Notes: generated by a model not told the origin, from the sequence alone. A stretch of DNA of 32,000 nt from Telmatocola sphagniphila (GCF_018398935.1 NZ_CP074694.1:1560001-1592000); one strand, 5' to 3'. Shown: positions 6,281-15,245, counted from the stretch's first letter. Numbers and translations are program-made.

Positions 6281-8707
6281 TTACCCCTTCTTAGGGCTAT
6301 CATTGATAGCCGGAAGATCGATCACATCGTCCAGATTATACTTATCCGCGTATTCGTAATCGTAGTTGTAAGCGTACTTATATCCATACCCGTAGTTATA
6401 CCCGTACCCATAGCTGTACCCGTAGCCGTATTGAGCCCCCTTGTCATCCAAGGAGTTCACTACCACCCCGAGCAATTTCACACCGAGCGTTCTCAACATG
6501 GTCCGTGCTCGCTCGGCCGCGGGACGAATATTCGGTCGAATCCGAATCACAAGTAATAGACCGTCAACGCAGGAAGCGACGACCGCCGGATCGGAAACCG
6601 CCAGGAGGGGCGGGGTGTCGATCAGAATGAAGTCGTACTCTTTCCGAATTTCTTCCAAAACCAGTCGGAAAGCGGGCGAGGAGAGGAGTTCGGCAGGGTT
6701 GCTCGGGCGCTGTCCGACCGGGAGAATGGAGAGATTCTCGATTCCCGTAGGTTGAATGGCTTCCTTGATCGTTTTCTCACCAATAACAACACTCGACAAA
6801 CCAAATTCTGCACTGACGCTAGGGAACAGCTTGTGAATTCTCGGTTTTCGCATATCGGCGTCGATCAAAACAATCTTTTTCCCCGATTGGGCGATTGATA
6901 CCGCCAAATTCGAGATCAGGGTCGACTTTCCATCGGCCGGATTCGGGCTGGTAACTTGAATAACCTGATGCCCTCGCCCCAGCAAGCTGAAGTAAATGGA
7001 GGTTCGAAGGCCTCGAATGGATTCCGCGGAGCGAGATTTCGGAGTGTGGTAACAGATAATCGACGGGTCGGCTATAGGCTGACCGTTACTGCCCTGTGAG
7101 GAAGAGGTGCCTAATTGCAAATTCGATTCCAGAGTCGGGATATGCGCGATGACTGGAACTCCCAGCTTTGTGCGTATTTCATCGGGAGTGTGGAAGGTTC
7201 GATCGGTTACTTCTGCCAGCGCGGCCAAAGCAATGCCAATCAGCAAGCCAAGGAATCCGCCCAGCACGGTTCCCGTGAACATATTGGGTTCAACTTTATA
7301 TACCGGCGACTTCTCGGGTGGCTGCAGCAGGGTCATTTCGTAACCGCCGGAGTTTTTCGTCGCTTCGAGGTTACGTTTGGTGCGCTCCAAGTCTTCTTTC
7401 CGTGCCAGATATCTTTTCTTTTTCTCATCGAGATTCGTCTGCAAAGAGGTATACAGGCCAACCGTCTGAGCAAGCTTGGTATCGCGTTCGAGCTTATCCT
7501 TCAAAGTTTTCAAATCGACTTCATTACTACCCTTTTCGGCATCCAGTAACTGATTTTGAAACTCAATCACATCTTGCTCGATTCCCCCATTACCGCCGTT
7601 GGCCTCTTTCATTTTCAGAAGCTGATTCTTCAAGAAGTTCAACCGGGATTTCATACTCAGCGCTTCGGGGTGATTGTTGCCCAAAGGGACCATTTTGTAG
7701 TCCAAATCCGATTGCATTCGACCAACTTCCAACTCCGTGCTGCGAATCAGAGCATCCAGGGCCGAGATGGAATTATTGCCGTTATTCGTACCCCCATTGG
7801 GGTTAGTTCCTGGAGCTTGAATGGAGAGCTGAGCCAGTAGCAATGGGCGATCTTTGGGTGGACTATCTTTTGCACGGAATTCGGCGATGAGAGCCAGTTT
7901 CTTCGCAATGGAAGCCTGTCTAACTTCCAGTGCGTCGATGCGCTCCTTCGCATTCGATATGCGTTTTTTCAGATCTTCCGGATTCTCTTCAAAAACATTC
8001 TTCTCGGTTCTGGCTTTTTCGACCAATTCCTCTTCACCGTGCTTTATTTCCGAGTCCATATCTTTGAGAGTCTTCTCAATTTGTTTGATTTCGATGTTCG
8101 TGGCCGCATCGAATTTATCTTGCAGAAACTCCTGGTAGCTGCTGATGATGCTTTCCAGATAGCGGGCGCAGTATTCCTGAGAACTGCTCCGGAAGGTGAG
8201 CATGACCACATTACCGCCGCGACCAGCTGTGTCTTTATCGCGCAAGGCACCCAATCCACCGCCGAGCATTCCGACTGCAGAATCTACGCTGGCCGCTCCA
8301 GGAAGACTGAATTTCTCAAAATTCTTCGCGGCATTACGTAAAATCAAATCGCTTTTGAGTAACAGCAGTTGAGTCGTTACGTAGTCATCCAGATAAGCAG
8401 TACGAGTATCGGCTAAAGGTCCAGTCCCCTCTGTCATAGTGGGTTGTTTTTTTCGGCTCAGCATCACTTGAGCCGAGGACTGGTAGATTCGAGGTTTTTC
8501 AAATGTGTAAACGAATCCGATGACAAGTCCTAGCAAGCCTGCAATGGCCAGAATCCATTTTCTGCGCCAGAGTACTGTGAGATAACGCGAAGGGCTTTGA
8601 TCCTGGTCATCGGACGATCCCCCTTCGTATTCTTCCAAAGCTGAGTCGTAATCCCGCAATCTACCGTCGGCGACAGGTCGTTGAACTATTTGCCCCTGCA
8701 CAGACAA
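6281..8707 (-). CDS. Polysaccharide co-polymerase / tyrosine autokinase (Wzc/GumC-type, PCP-2a)
   Basis: 808 aa. TM1 (ILAIAGLLGLVIGFVYTF) is followed by a long coiled-coil periplasmic region and TM2 (VLGGFLGLLIGIALAALAEV). The cytoplasmic BY-kinase domain has Walker A TSPNPADGKST, Walker A' VLIDADMRKP and Walker B DFILIDTPPLL, then a C-terminal Tyr cluster. The true start is probably GTG at 8701: AGGAG ends at 8708, 6 nt upstream of it, whereas it directly abuts the track's TTG at 8707. Confidence 0.9.
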   Translation of the reverse strand: MSVQGQIVQRPVADGRLRDYDSALEEYEGGSSDDQDQSPSRYLTVLWRRKWILAIAGLLGLVIGFVYTFEKPRIYQSSAQVMLSRKKQPTMTEGTGPLADTRTAYLDDYVTTQLLLLKSDLILRNAAKNFEKFSLPGAASVDSAVGMLGGGLGALRDKDTAGRGGNVVMLTFRSSSQEYCARYLESIISSYQEFLQDKFDAATNIEIKQIEKTLKDMDSEIKHGEEELVEKARTEKNVFEENPEDLKKRISNAKERIDALEVRQASIAKKLALIAEFRAKDSPPKDRPLLLAQLSIQAPGTNPNGGTNNGNNSISALDALIRSTELEVGRMQSDLDYKMVPLGNNHPEALSMKSRLNFLKNQLLKMKEANGGNGGIEQDVIEFQNQLLDAEKGSNEVDLKTLKDKLERDTKLAQTVGLYTSLQTNLDEKKKRYLARKEDLERTKRNLEATKNSGGYEMTLLQPPEKSPVYKVEPNMFTGTVLGGFLGLLIGIALAALAEVTDRTFHTPDEIRTKLGVPVIAHIPTLESNLQLGTSSSQGSNGQPIADPSIICYHTPKSRSAESIRGLRTSIYFSLLGRGHQVIQVTSPNPADGKSTLISNLAVSIAQSGKKIVLIDADMRKPRIHKLFPSVSAEFGLSSVVIGEKTIKEAIQPTGIENLSILPVGQRPSNPAELLSSPAFRLVLEEIRKEYDFILIDTPPLLAVSDPAVVASCVDGLLLVIRIRPNIRPAAERARTMLRTLGVKLLGVVVNSLDDKGAQYGYGYSYGYGYNYGYGYKYAYNYDYEYADKYNLDDVIDLPAINDSPKKG

Positions 8708-8758
8708 CTCCTAGGAACGAAACGGGAGGAGCCGCATCGTCTGAAAAACAAAAATTCT

Positions 8759-8772
8759 TTAAATTATTGTCA
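8759..8772 (-). promoter_or_regulatory. Shared 14-nt upstream motif, copy 2 (TTAAATTATTGTCA)
   Basis: Identical to 4347-4360. It lies 52-65 nt upstream of the tyrosine-kinase gene start, inside an AT-rich intergenic region. Confidence 0.35.
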
Positions 8773-9073
8773 TCGAATGGGGCGAGCCATTCAAGCAAAT
8801 TCTACTCTGGTAGCAATATCCCAAATGGTCTCAGTTCCGATTTGCGCGAATTTCGTCTAAAAATAGTGTTTTTTACTTACAAATGCACTTCGAAATATAT
8901 GAAAATCACCAAATATAGCTTTTCAGACCAGTCTGCTTGTCGATTAGATCGGGTTCAACAAAGTTTGAGACTTTTCAAATATCAACTTGATTCAGAAGGT
9001 TGGACGATTAAAAGATCATTGAGCTGAGCAGTTTCTCTAAGCATGGTTTCTCGGCCGGAAGTAGCGAAAGATC

Positions 9074-10570
9074 TTATTTCTGCTTGGGGATCTCATTCAA
9101 AGTATAATAGGCTTTTTTATGAAGCAATTTCTCCCGCTCGGCTGACGTCAGGCCGTCCAAGTCAAAATCGTACACATGACCTGGAATCAATTTGTCCAGT
9201 TTCAATTGAACCGTTTTCCGATCTTCCGAAAGTTCAAGGTTTTTCACCACGGGAGTAGTCTGATCGATTTCAGGACCGCCGTAGCCCGCATGATAAGGGT
9301 GCGTGAAAGTTGAGATTTTGTAGGACTTCGGATCCAACGCTTTCACAGATTCCAACGCTTTTGTAAACGCGATCTGGAATCCTTCCGGAGTGATGGTGAT
9401 TTTCTTTATTTCGAACGGCATTTTCCCGTTCCAGTCGATCCGCTCTAGGGCGAAGGGTTTAACGCCGCGAACTGGCCAACCGCGGTTCGTTCCGCCGCAA
9501 AGAAGGTTCCCTTCCTCCGTAAAAATCACGTTAAGGATGCCGGTTGAAAGCCCCTCTCGGAAGGGATAGCAGGCACCTTGCCAGACCCCATTTACCTGTT
9601 CGGTAGTCGCTCGCATGATGATCGAGAGCGTATAGTCCCCGAGAAAAATTTGATCCTCAAACGGGCCGAATTTCCCTTTACTATGGTTTACTGTGAAACC
9701 CGTAATCGAACGCCCCATTCGAATATAAGGAAACACCACGGCGTATGGGACAAGTTGTTTGACACGCTCTTTCTCGATGATAATTTTGGAGCCCGATTTG
9801 GGCTCCTCGGGAACGGGCCCCATCTCCGGGGTGTACTTGTACCAGTTAAAGCTCGCGGGATGTCCATGAAAGCTACCGGGTGTAATTGCTTTCAAACTGT
9901 TTGAACAGTTCCAGGGGCCCTGGCTTTCGATGTAGAAGAGGGCGCCCTGTTCATTCGGTCCTATCCCGGCCGGACTGCGTAAGCCACTGGCAATCGCCCG
10001 AGTTTTTCCCTCAGGAGCGATCTGCATAGCAAAACCGCGAAAGAGGGCGTGCGATTCATACGAATACGATAATCCTAATGCAACATAGAGATTGCCTTTG
10101 TCATCGAATTTGGAGCCGAAGGCATACTCGTGATAGTGCGAATATCCCCACGCATCAGAAATAGTTTCGAAGCGATCGGCCTTTCCTCTGTGTTTCGTGT
10201 CGCTGACTTTCGTTACCTCGCAACTTTGCGTCACATAAAAAGCACCGTCCTTGTAAGCAAGGCCGAAAATCTCATCCAATCCCGTCGCGAAGAGCCGGTA
10301 ACTGGGGTTCGGTTTCTTCTGATCGACACCGCTCACTATATAAATTTCGCCGTGACGAGTGCCGACTGCTATTTTGCCGTCCGGTAACGCGCAGAAGGCC
10401 CCGGCTTCGATCACCAATTCCTGCGGGATCGGAAGATTTACGATCGGATAGTATTCCCGTTCGCGATCCTCTGTACCCCAGCGAGCACCCACATCCTCAG
10501 CGCGAGTTGTGCCGAAACAACTGAGGAGTATGCAAATTATCGTCAAACCCAGCTTATTTGAGCAATTCAT
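9074..10570 (-). CDS. Secreted beta-propeller protein, PQQ/sorbosone-dehydrogenase-like ('putative membrane-bound dehydrogenase' domain of PVC bacteria)
   Basis: Repeated propeller-blade patterns (GLAYKDGAFYVTQ, GNLYVALG, GALFYIESQGPW, GNLLCGGTNRGW). The signal peptide MNCSNKLGLTIICILLSCFGTTRA begins at ATG 10570. The track start at 10609 adds 13 poorly fitting residues. Family assignment is from memory of the motif style, not a search. Confidence 0.7.
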   Translation of the reverse strand: MNCSNKLGLTIICILLSCFGTTRAEDVGARWGTEDREREYYPIVNLPIPQELVIEAGAFCALPDGKIAVGTRHGEIYIVSGVDQKKPNPSYRLFATGLDEIFGLAYKDGAFYVTQSCEVTKVSDTKHRGKADRFETISDAWGYSHYHEYAFGSKFDDKGNLYVALGLSYSYESHALFRGFAMQIAPEGKTRAIASGLRSPAGIGPNEQGALFYIESQGPWNCSNSLKAITPGSFHGHPASFNWYKYTPEMGPVPEEPKSGSKIIIEKERVKQLVPYAVVFPYIRMGRSITGFTVNHSKGKFGPFEDQIFLGDYTLSIIMRATTEQVNGVWQGACYPFREGLSTGILNVIFTEEGNLLCGGTNRGWPVRGVKPFALERIDWNGKMPFEIKKITITPEGFQIAFTKALESVKALDPKSYKISTFTHPYHAGYGGPEIDQTTPVVKNLELSEDRKTVQLKLDKLIPGHVYDFDLDGLTSAEREKLLHKKAYYTLNEIPKQK

Positions 10571-12878
10571 AGGTGATACTCTTTTTGGTTGTGCCTTCGG
10601 AAAGCTCAAATTTCAGAAGCAACTCTGAAGTCTTAGCAGGAGTCTGTAAAGATCGAACGAGCGTTTCACAATTGGGAATGACGATACGGATCTCCCCATT
10701 TTTAAAGGAGTCTTGCGATTCTTTTTCGATGACTCCGGTGAGTGCTCGGAACCAGATTGTCTGATGGTTAGGACTTTTGAAAATGAATTGTCGTTCCAGT
10801 TTTGTTGCTTGTTTCCCCGTAACAACCTGCGAGCGATCGGCAATTTCTAGCTGATCGATACGATACAAGAACGTTGGGATATCCTTGTCGTCCAGTTCGT
10901 AACCTTTGAACTGATACCCACGGTTTTTGGGATAGAGGGGATCTGGTGAAATCGGCTGTTCCCGGGTCGTCAGTGGAATCATTGGCCAGGGACTTTTCTC
11001 ATTCTCCAATTTGTAAAACGAGAGATCCTGGCTTAGCTGCACCGGCCGACTCGCTGGATTGAAGGCTCCGGAACCCTGCCCTCCTCGGTCCACGCGAATG
11101 TAATCGCCTTTCCAGAGTGCAGTGAGCGTCCCCGTTTCGGCATTAAAAGCATAATGGAGTTTCTCGGGGAACCCCACCGCTATTCCCCGATAGCCCGCGA
11201 CACTACTGCGCCCTCGATATGTTCTCGTGGCAGTGCCAACAGATAGCTTTGTCTCGGGCGTTTGAAGGCCAGAGGGGTTCGGGGCCGATGTTCCGAGCGA
11301 GAGGTAATACCAAATGGCTTCAATTTGTCGATCGGTATCTCCATGAAGAATTGTCTGTTGAGCGGCCTTCCCCCCCGGCCAGGAATCCGGCATTACAATG
11401 CGCGGTCGATAAACTCCCGGAGCTTTCAGAAACTGATAAAACCAATTTGGTTGTAGCCTTTCCGTGGAGGTCATCAACTCCATGCCATTTTGCCCTTCCA
11501 TGGAAATCGTTTTTCCGTTGACATAATGGCAGGAAATGCAATACAGCCCTTTATCCCCCATCAGTCCACGGCCCGCATCTCGCATCACCTCGGATCGCTT
11601 TCGCTCCGCCTCCTCCTCGCTCTCAGGATTCGGTAGAGAAAATTTGATGCTGGGAATTCGATCCTCTTTGGAAATCAATTCGGGGAGATGGCGTAACTGA
11701 GCTTCGCCGAACTGCGGCATTCGAGTTAACATGTAGGGTCGAACGGATTCGCCATCGAAGAGCACTTTTTTCAGCCATACCGCTTGGAGCTTCGCCCCCA
11801 CCAGTGTCAGAGGCGGCGGAATTCGGGCTTCCTCACCAAGGTTCTTAGCTGAGGTTTGAAAATAGGCATTTCGTTCGTTGGAAATTCCACCAAAATTGTC
11901 GCGACTATGGCAGGCGATACAGTTAAATGTTGTGAAAGTGAGAGCAACTTTTGCTGAGTCACTTGCAGGTACCGGCTTTCGCAAAGCTGCACGAATAGCC
12001 CGCAGTTGCGATTCTTCGAGATCGAATCGAGGGCTATTAGTTGTGTTGGAGTCCAGACAGCCCCGATCTAAATTCACCTTTGCAAGATCGCCCTTTAAAG
12101 CATGTGGAACTACTCCCTCCAGCGAATGGCAAGCGGAACACTGGAATTGTTGAAAGTATTTTTTGCCCGACTCCACCAAATCCGCTTTCGGCTCGAGAGG
12201 TTTTTCAGCCAAGTTCGTATTTTTCAGCAAATAACCCGCAATCCAAACTGCCTCCTGAGGAGTCAACTTCATATCGGGCATCCGCCCAGCCGGCCGGATT
12301 TTCAACGGCTGAAACAGAAACTCCGTTAGTGAGTTCAAGCTATATTTGGAGGTTAGATGGCCTAGCGAAATGGCTCCGTCCACTGGCAATTCTTTGCCAT
12401 TCTCCTCACGCGGGGCATGGCAGGCCACACAGCCAATCGTATGAAAAAGGTTTTTTCCGCGGGCGTCGTCACTTGGTTGCGATTGCTGGAGCGACCATTT
12501 TGAAGTGGACTGAGCAATCAGGAAGTGTAATAGGGATTCGGCAATCTGCTTGCGCTGCGATTCGGGTGCCTGGTTCAAAACATTCGGCATCAGAGAGCCT
12601 GAATGGCTCGCGCCAGGCGACAGTAAAAATTTCTTTAAATAATCCGGGGAGATTCGCGAGCCAACGTCCTTGAGATCCGGTGCTTTGCGCTCAATTGGAA
12701 GGTCGCCCTGCGAACGCGTATGACAGGCCAGACAACGCAATTCTCCCAGAAGTAATTCCCCTAACTGCAACTCCGAGAGAGGATGACTTCGCGAGACACC
12801 GACTAGTACGGGGGAAGCCTTTGCCGAGAAACAGCAGCAGAGATAGCTCAGACAGAGAAAAAATCGCAGAAATGGCAT
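10554..12878 (-). CDS. Five-heme c-type cytochrome domain protein with heme-free C-terminal domain
   Basis: Five CxxCH motifs (CLACH, CVACH, CSACH, CIACH, CISCH). Four of the five are followed ~45-65 residues later by an MP-containing segment (LMPN, RMPD, RMPQ, VMPD), as in class I cytochrome c modules. The signal peptide MPFLRFFLCLSYLCCCFSAKA begins at ATG 12878 (track TTG start 12911). The last ~240 aa have no heme motif. The stop overlaps the downstream gene start by 17 nt. Confidence 0.8.
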   Translation of the reverse strand: MPFLRFFLCLSYLCCCFSAKASPVLVGVSRSHPLSELQLGELLLGELRCLACHTRSQGDLPIERKAPDLKDVGSRISPDYLKKFLLSPGASHSGSLMPNVLNQAPESQRKQIAESLLHFLIAQSTSKWSLQQSQPSDDARGKNLFHTIGCVACHAPREENGKELPVDGAISLGHLTSKYSLNSLTEFLFQPLKIRPAGRMPDMKLTPQEAVWIAGYLLKNTNLAEKPLEPKADLVESGKKYFQQFQCSACHSLEGVVPHALKGDLAKVNLDRGCLDSNTTNSPRFDLEESQLRAIRAALRKPVPASDSAKVALTFTTFNCIACHSRDNFGGISNERNAYFQTSAKNLGEEARIPPPLTLVGAKLQAVWLKKVLFDGESVRPYMLTRMPQFGEAQLRHLPELISKEDRIPSIKFSLPNPESEEEAERKRSEVMRDAGRGLMGDKGLYCISCHYVNGKTISMEGQNGMELMTSTERLQPNWFYQFLKAPGVYRPRIVMPDSWPGGKAAQQTILHGDTDRQIEAIWYYLSLGTSAPNPSGLQTPETKLSVGTATRTYRGRSSVAGYRGIAVGFPEKLHYAFNAETGTLTALWKGDYIRVDRGGQGSGAFNPASRPVQLSQDLSFYKLENEKSPWPMIPLTTREQPISPDPLYPKNRGYQFKGYELDDKDIPTFLYRIDQLEIADRSQVVTGKQATKLERQFIFKSPNHQTIWFRALTGVIEKESQDSFKNGEIRIVIPNCETLVRSLQTPAKTSELLLKFELSEGTTKKSITYELLK

Positions 12879-13251
12879 CGCAGCTGAACTCCTCAAAGAG
12901 CCGTCACTCAACTCAGCGATTAATAAAGTAATGGATTAAACCATAGCCAAGCACGAAATCTAGTAGGAATTTCGAATTATCCACGGTAGCAATTGCACGA
13001 ACCTCCCCCCGAGTTTCATTTCTTGCTGGCAGAGCCTGAAGGCAGTTCAAGAAATCGTTTCCTTACCCCGGGAAGGTGTTTGTCTGGTTTTGAGGATTAA
13101 AGCGCAAGTGTCGATTAGCACTGGGGGAGCCTGGGATGTGCTCGCGTCACTCTCTGTAACAAGCGGTCTTTTCCGCATAGTCCGAAAAAATTCACCGTCT
13201 TCCGCCATCGGGTTCAAAGAATATAAATAGAGCTACCGACAAATTCATGGT

Positions 13252-13257
13252 TATAAT
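13252..13257 (+). promoter_or_regulatory. TATAAT -10-like hexamer upstream of the kinase/che operon
   Basis: A perfect TATAAT lies 45-50 nt upstream of the TTG start at 13302. There is no convincing -35 (AGAGCT at 17-nt spacing). The assignment is tentative. Confidence 0.25.
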
Positions 13258-13301
13258 CGGATTGCTGGCATTTTCCAGGTACAGCGTTCAGGAGTGAATC
13301 G

Positions 13302-15245
13302 TTGGACGTCACGGCAGCGCATATCGGAGTAGGTCGAGAAGAATTTCTCTCGAACCTCGCCGCCGCGGAATTGCTTAATGAAAGCGATCTCAAGGCACTG
13401 CAGGCAGAAACTCAATCGGATGTGATGCAACTTGCCGATACCGTATTGCGCAAAGGTCTGATCACACCCTACCAACTCGATGCGATCGTCGCCGGTCGTC
13501 CCCAGGACCTAAAAGTCGGCAATTACACCCTGCTATCCAAACTGGGTCAGGGGGGTATGGGGGTAGTCTTTAAAGCGCGCCATCGCCGTATGAAGCGAAT
13601 GGTGGCAATCAAAGTGCTTTCGGCCCAACTCTGTCAGGATGAATCATTCGTCGCACGCTTTCAGCGGGAAGTAGAGACCATCGCCAGGCTGGGCCATCCC
13701 AATATCGTCATGGCGTACGATGCGGACGAAGCCGAGATCGGTCACTTTCTCGTTATGGAATTTGTTGAAGGCCGAGATTTAGCTTCCGAGATCGCCAAGA
13801 AAGGTCCCGCTCAACTTCCTTTAGCAGTGGATTACATCCTTCAGACGGCTCGAGGGCTTGCGTACGCTCATTCGCAGAACATCGTTCACCGCGACATCAA
13901 ACCTCATAACCTCCTTCTCGATGAGCTTGGGGTGGTCAAGGTTACCGATCTGGGGCTGGCGGCCTTATCTTCGGGTGACAAGACTGCGGGTTCGGGTTTA
14001 ACTCAATCGGGCGGAATACTGGGAACTGTCGATTACATGCCCCCCGAGCAGGCCGTCGATTCCGCTTCCATCGACGCCCGGGCCGACATCTACAGTCTGG
14101 GATGCACTCTTTATTATCTTCTGACTGGCACACCCCCCTTCTCTGGCCCCTCCATGATGTCGGTTTTGCTGAAGCATCGGGATGCCCCGATTCCGAAACT
14201 CTCGAGTAAGCATGGGCCGGTTCCTCCCGGCTTAGAAGCGATCTACGAAAAAATGATGGCTAAGTCGGTTGCGACACGCTACCAGTCCATGGGCGAAGTG
14301 ATTCAGGAACTGGAACAGATTCGACTTCAGCTCGGCAGTGTTCCCGGAACAAACATCAGCAGCCAGACGACGGGAATTTTCCACCCCTCCTCGATCTCAT
14401 CCATTGCGATACTTAGACCCGATCAAAAAACGATTGTAGCTCGCCCCGTCGAAAATAGTGCGATCAGCGTACTGGTGGTCGAACCTTCTCGATTACAGGC
14501 CGGGTTCATTCGCAAATATTTGGAACAAAGTGCTATTCGAGTACTCTCCTCGGTAACGACGGGCGCGGCTGCAGAACAGGCGATTCGCATGGAGAAACCC
14601 ACCGCGATTGTATCCAGCCTCTATCTTTCGGATATGACGGGTCTCGAGTTGGCTCAGAAGATTCGGGCCGATTATCCAAGCGCAGCCCCAGGATTCGTGC
14701 TCATTTCCAGTGAATCGGAAAGCAGCGAAGCTCAGCAACTGAGTCAGTTAAATCGCGTTTTGCTTTTGCCGAAGCCCTTCGGGCCGGAGCAGTTGGTGTC
14801 CAGCGTTCACTTGGTCACGGGACAGTCGATATCCGGTCGAGCGGGTTTAGCCCCGCCGATAACCCGGCGAAATAGAGCCGAGCTGCGAGTATTAGTGGTC
14901 GATGACAGCTCCACCGCTCGTGTACATGAACGGATAATCCTGAATCAGCTAGGCTTTACGCAAATTCACGAAGCTTCGGATGGAGCCCAGGCGATCGCGG
15001 CGGCGACTCGAGAAGCTTTCGACCTGATAGTCACCGATTACAATATGCCGCTTTTGGACGGTCGGGCGTTGGTAAGCTATTTGAAGCAAACTACGTCTAC
15101 TGCGGCGGTTCCAATCGTCATGGTCACCACCGAAACGGAAGCTCGAATTTTGGATCCTGTGAGGGAATTGGGCGTAGCGGAGATATTCCCAAAAGCATTT
15201 CCGTCGGATCAGGTAGAAAGCTTGATGAAGAAGTTGTTCGGCTAA
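13302..15245 (+). CDS. Hanks-type Ser/Thr protein kinase fused to a degenerate receiver and a CheY-like receiver (STK-REC*-REC)
   Basis: Kinase motifs: GQGGMGVVF...AIK (ATP site), HRDIKPHNLLL (catalytic loop), DLG, GTVDYMPPE, DIYSLG. REC1 (~aa 388-505) has VVEPS and SSLYLSDM. REC2 (~aa 528-645) has VVDD, TDYNMPLLDG, MVTTE and PKAF, which is very CheY-like. The TTG start at 13302 is supported by AGGAG at 13290-13294 (7-nt spacing). Confidence 0.9.
   Translation: MDVTAAHIGVGREEFLSNLAAAELLNESDLKALQAETQSDVMQLADTVLRKGLITPYQLDAIVAGRPQDLKVGNYTLLSKLGQGGMGVVFKARHRRMKRMVAIKVLSAQLCQDESFVARFQREVETIARLGHPNIVMAYDADEAEIGHFLVMEFVEGRDLASEIAKKGPAQLPLAVDYILQTARGLAYAHSQNIVHRDIKPHNLLLDELGVVKVTDLGLAALSSGDKTAGSGLTQSGGILGTVDYMPPEQAVDSASIDARADIYSLGCTLYYLLTGTPPFSGPSMMSVLLKHRDAPIPKLSSKHGPVPPGLEAIYEKMMAKSVATRYQSMGEVIQELEQIRLQLGSVPGTNISSQTTGIFHPSSISSIAILRPDQKTIVARPVENSAISVLVVEPSRLQAGFIRKYLEQSAIRVLSSVTTGAAAEQAIRMEKPTAIVSSLYLSDMTGLELAQKIRADYPSAAPGFVLISSESESSEAQQLSQLNRVLLLPKPFGPEQLVSSVHLVTGQSISGRAGLAPPITRRNRAELRVLVVDDSSTARVHERIILNQLGFTQIHEASDGAQAIAAATREAFDLIVTDYNMPLLDGRALVSYLKQTTSTAAVPIVMVTTETEARILDPVRELGVAEIFPKAFPSDQVESLMKKLFG

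Noticed and set aside
6338-6430. Possible DNA-level tandem repeat or slippage tract underlying the YG-rich tail
   Set aside because: The nucleotide sequence is not periodic. Tyr, Gly and the intervening codons vary (TAT/TAC, GGT/GGC/GGG, AGC, AAC, AAG...), so this is a protein-level pattern. I report it as a finding, not as a DNA repeat.
6143-8341. Series of plus-strand ORFs (137, 104, 78, 144, 162, 94, 94 and 100 aa) overlapping the tyrosine-kinase gene
   Set aside because: All are antisense to a gene with full-length, motif-supported homology. Several (6143, 7115, 7556, 8039) lie in the codon-aligned antisense frame, where stops arise only opposite the sense codons TTA, CTA and TCA. Their translations are low-complexity and have no recognisable motifs or ribosome-binding sites.
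8767-9027. 86-aa ORF in the AT-rich spacer between the cytochrome/propeller operon and the kinase gene
   Set aside because: Its composition is typical of AT-rich intergenic DNA (Lys/Phe/Ser/Tyr-rich, no domain). It has no RBS and runs opposite to both flanking operons. The spacer is more plausibly a promoter/terminator region.
13021-13280. Two TTGCTGGCA strings (13024-13032 and 13262-13270) that resemble sigma-54 -24 boxes upstream of the kinase/che operon
   Set aside because: Neither has a GC dinucleotide at the required 10-nt spacing downstream of the GG, so they do not form a -24/-12 promoter.
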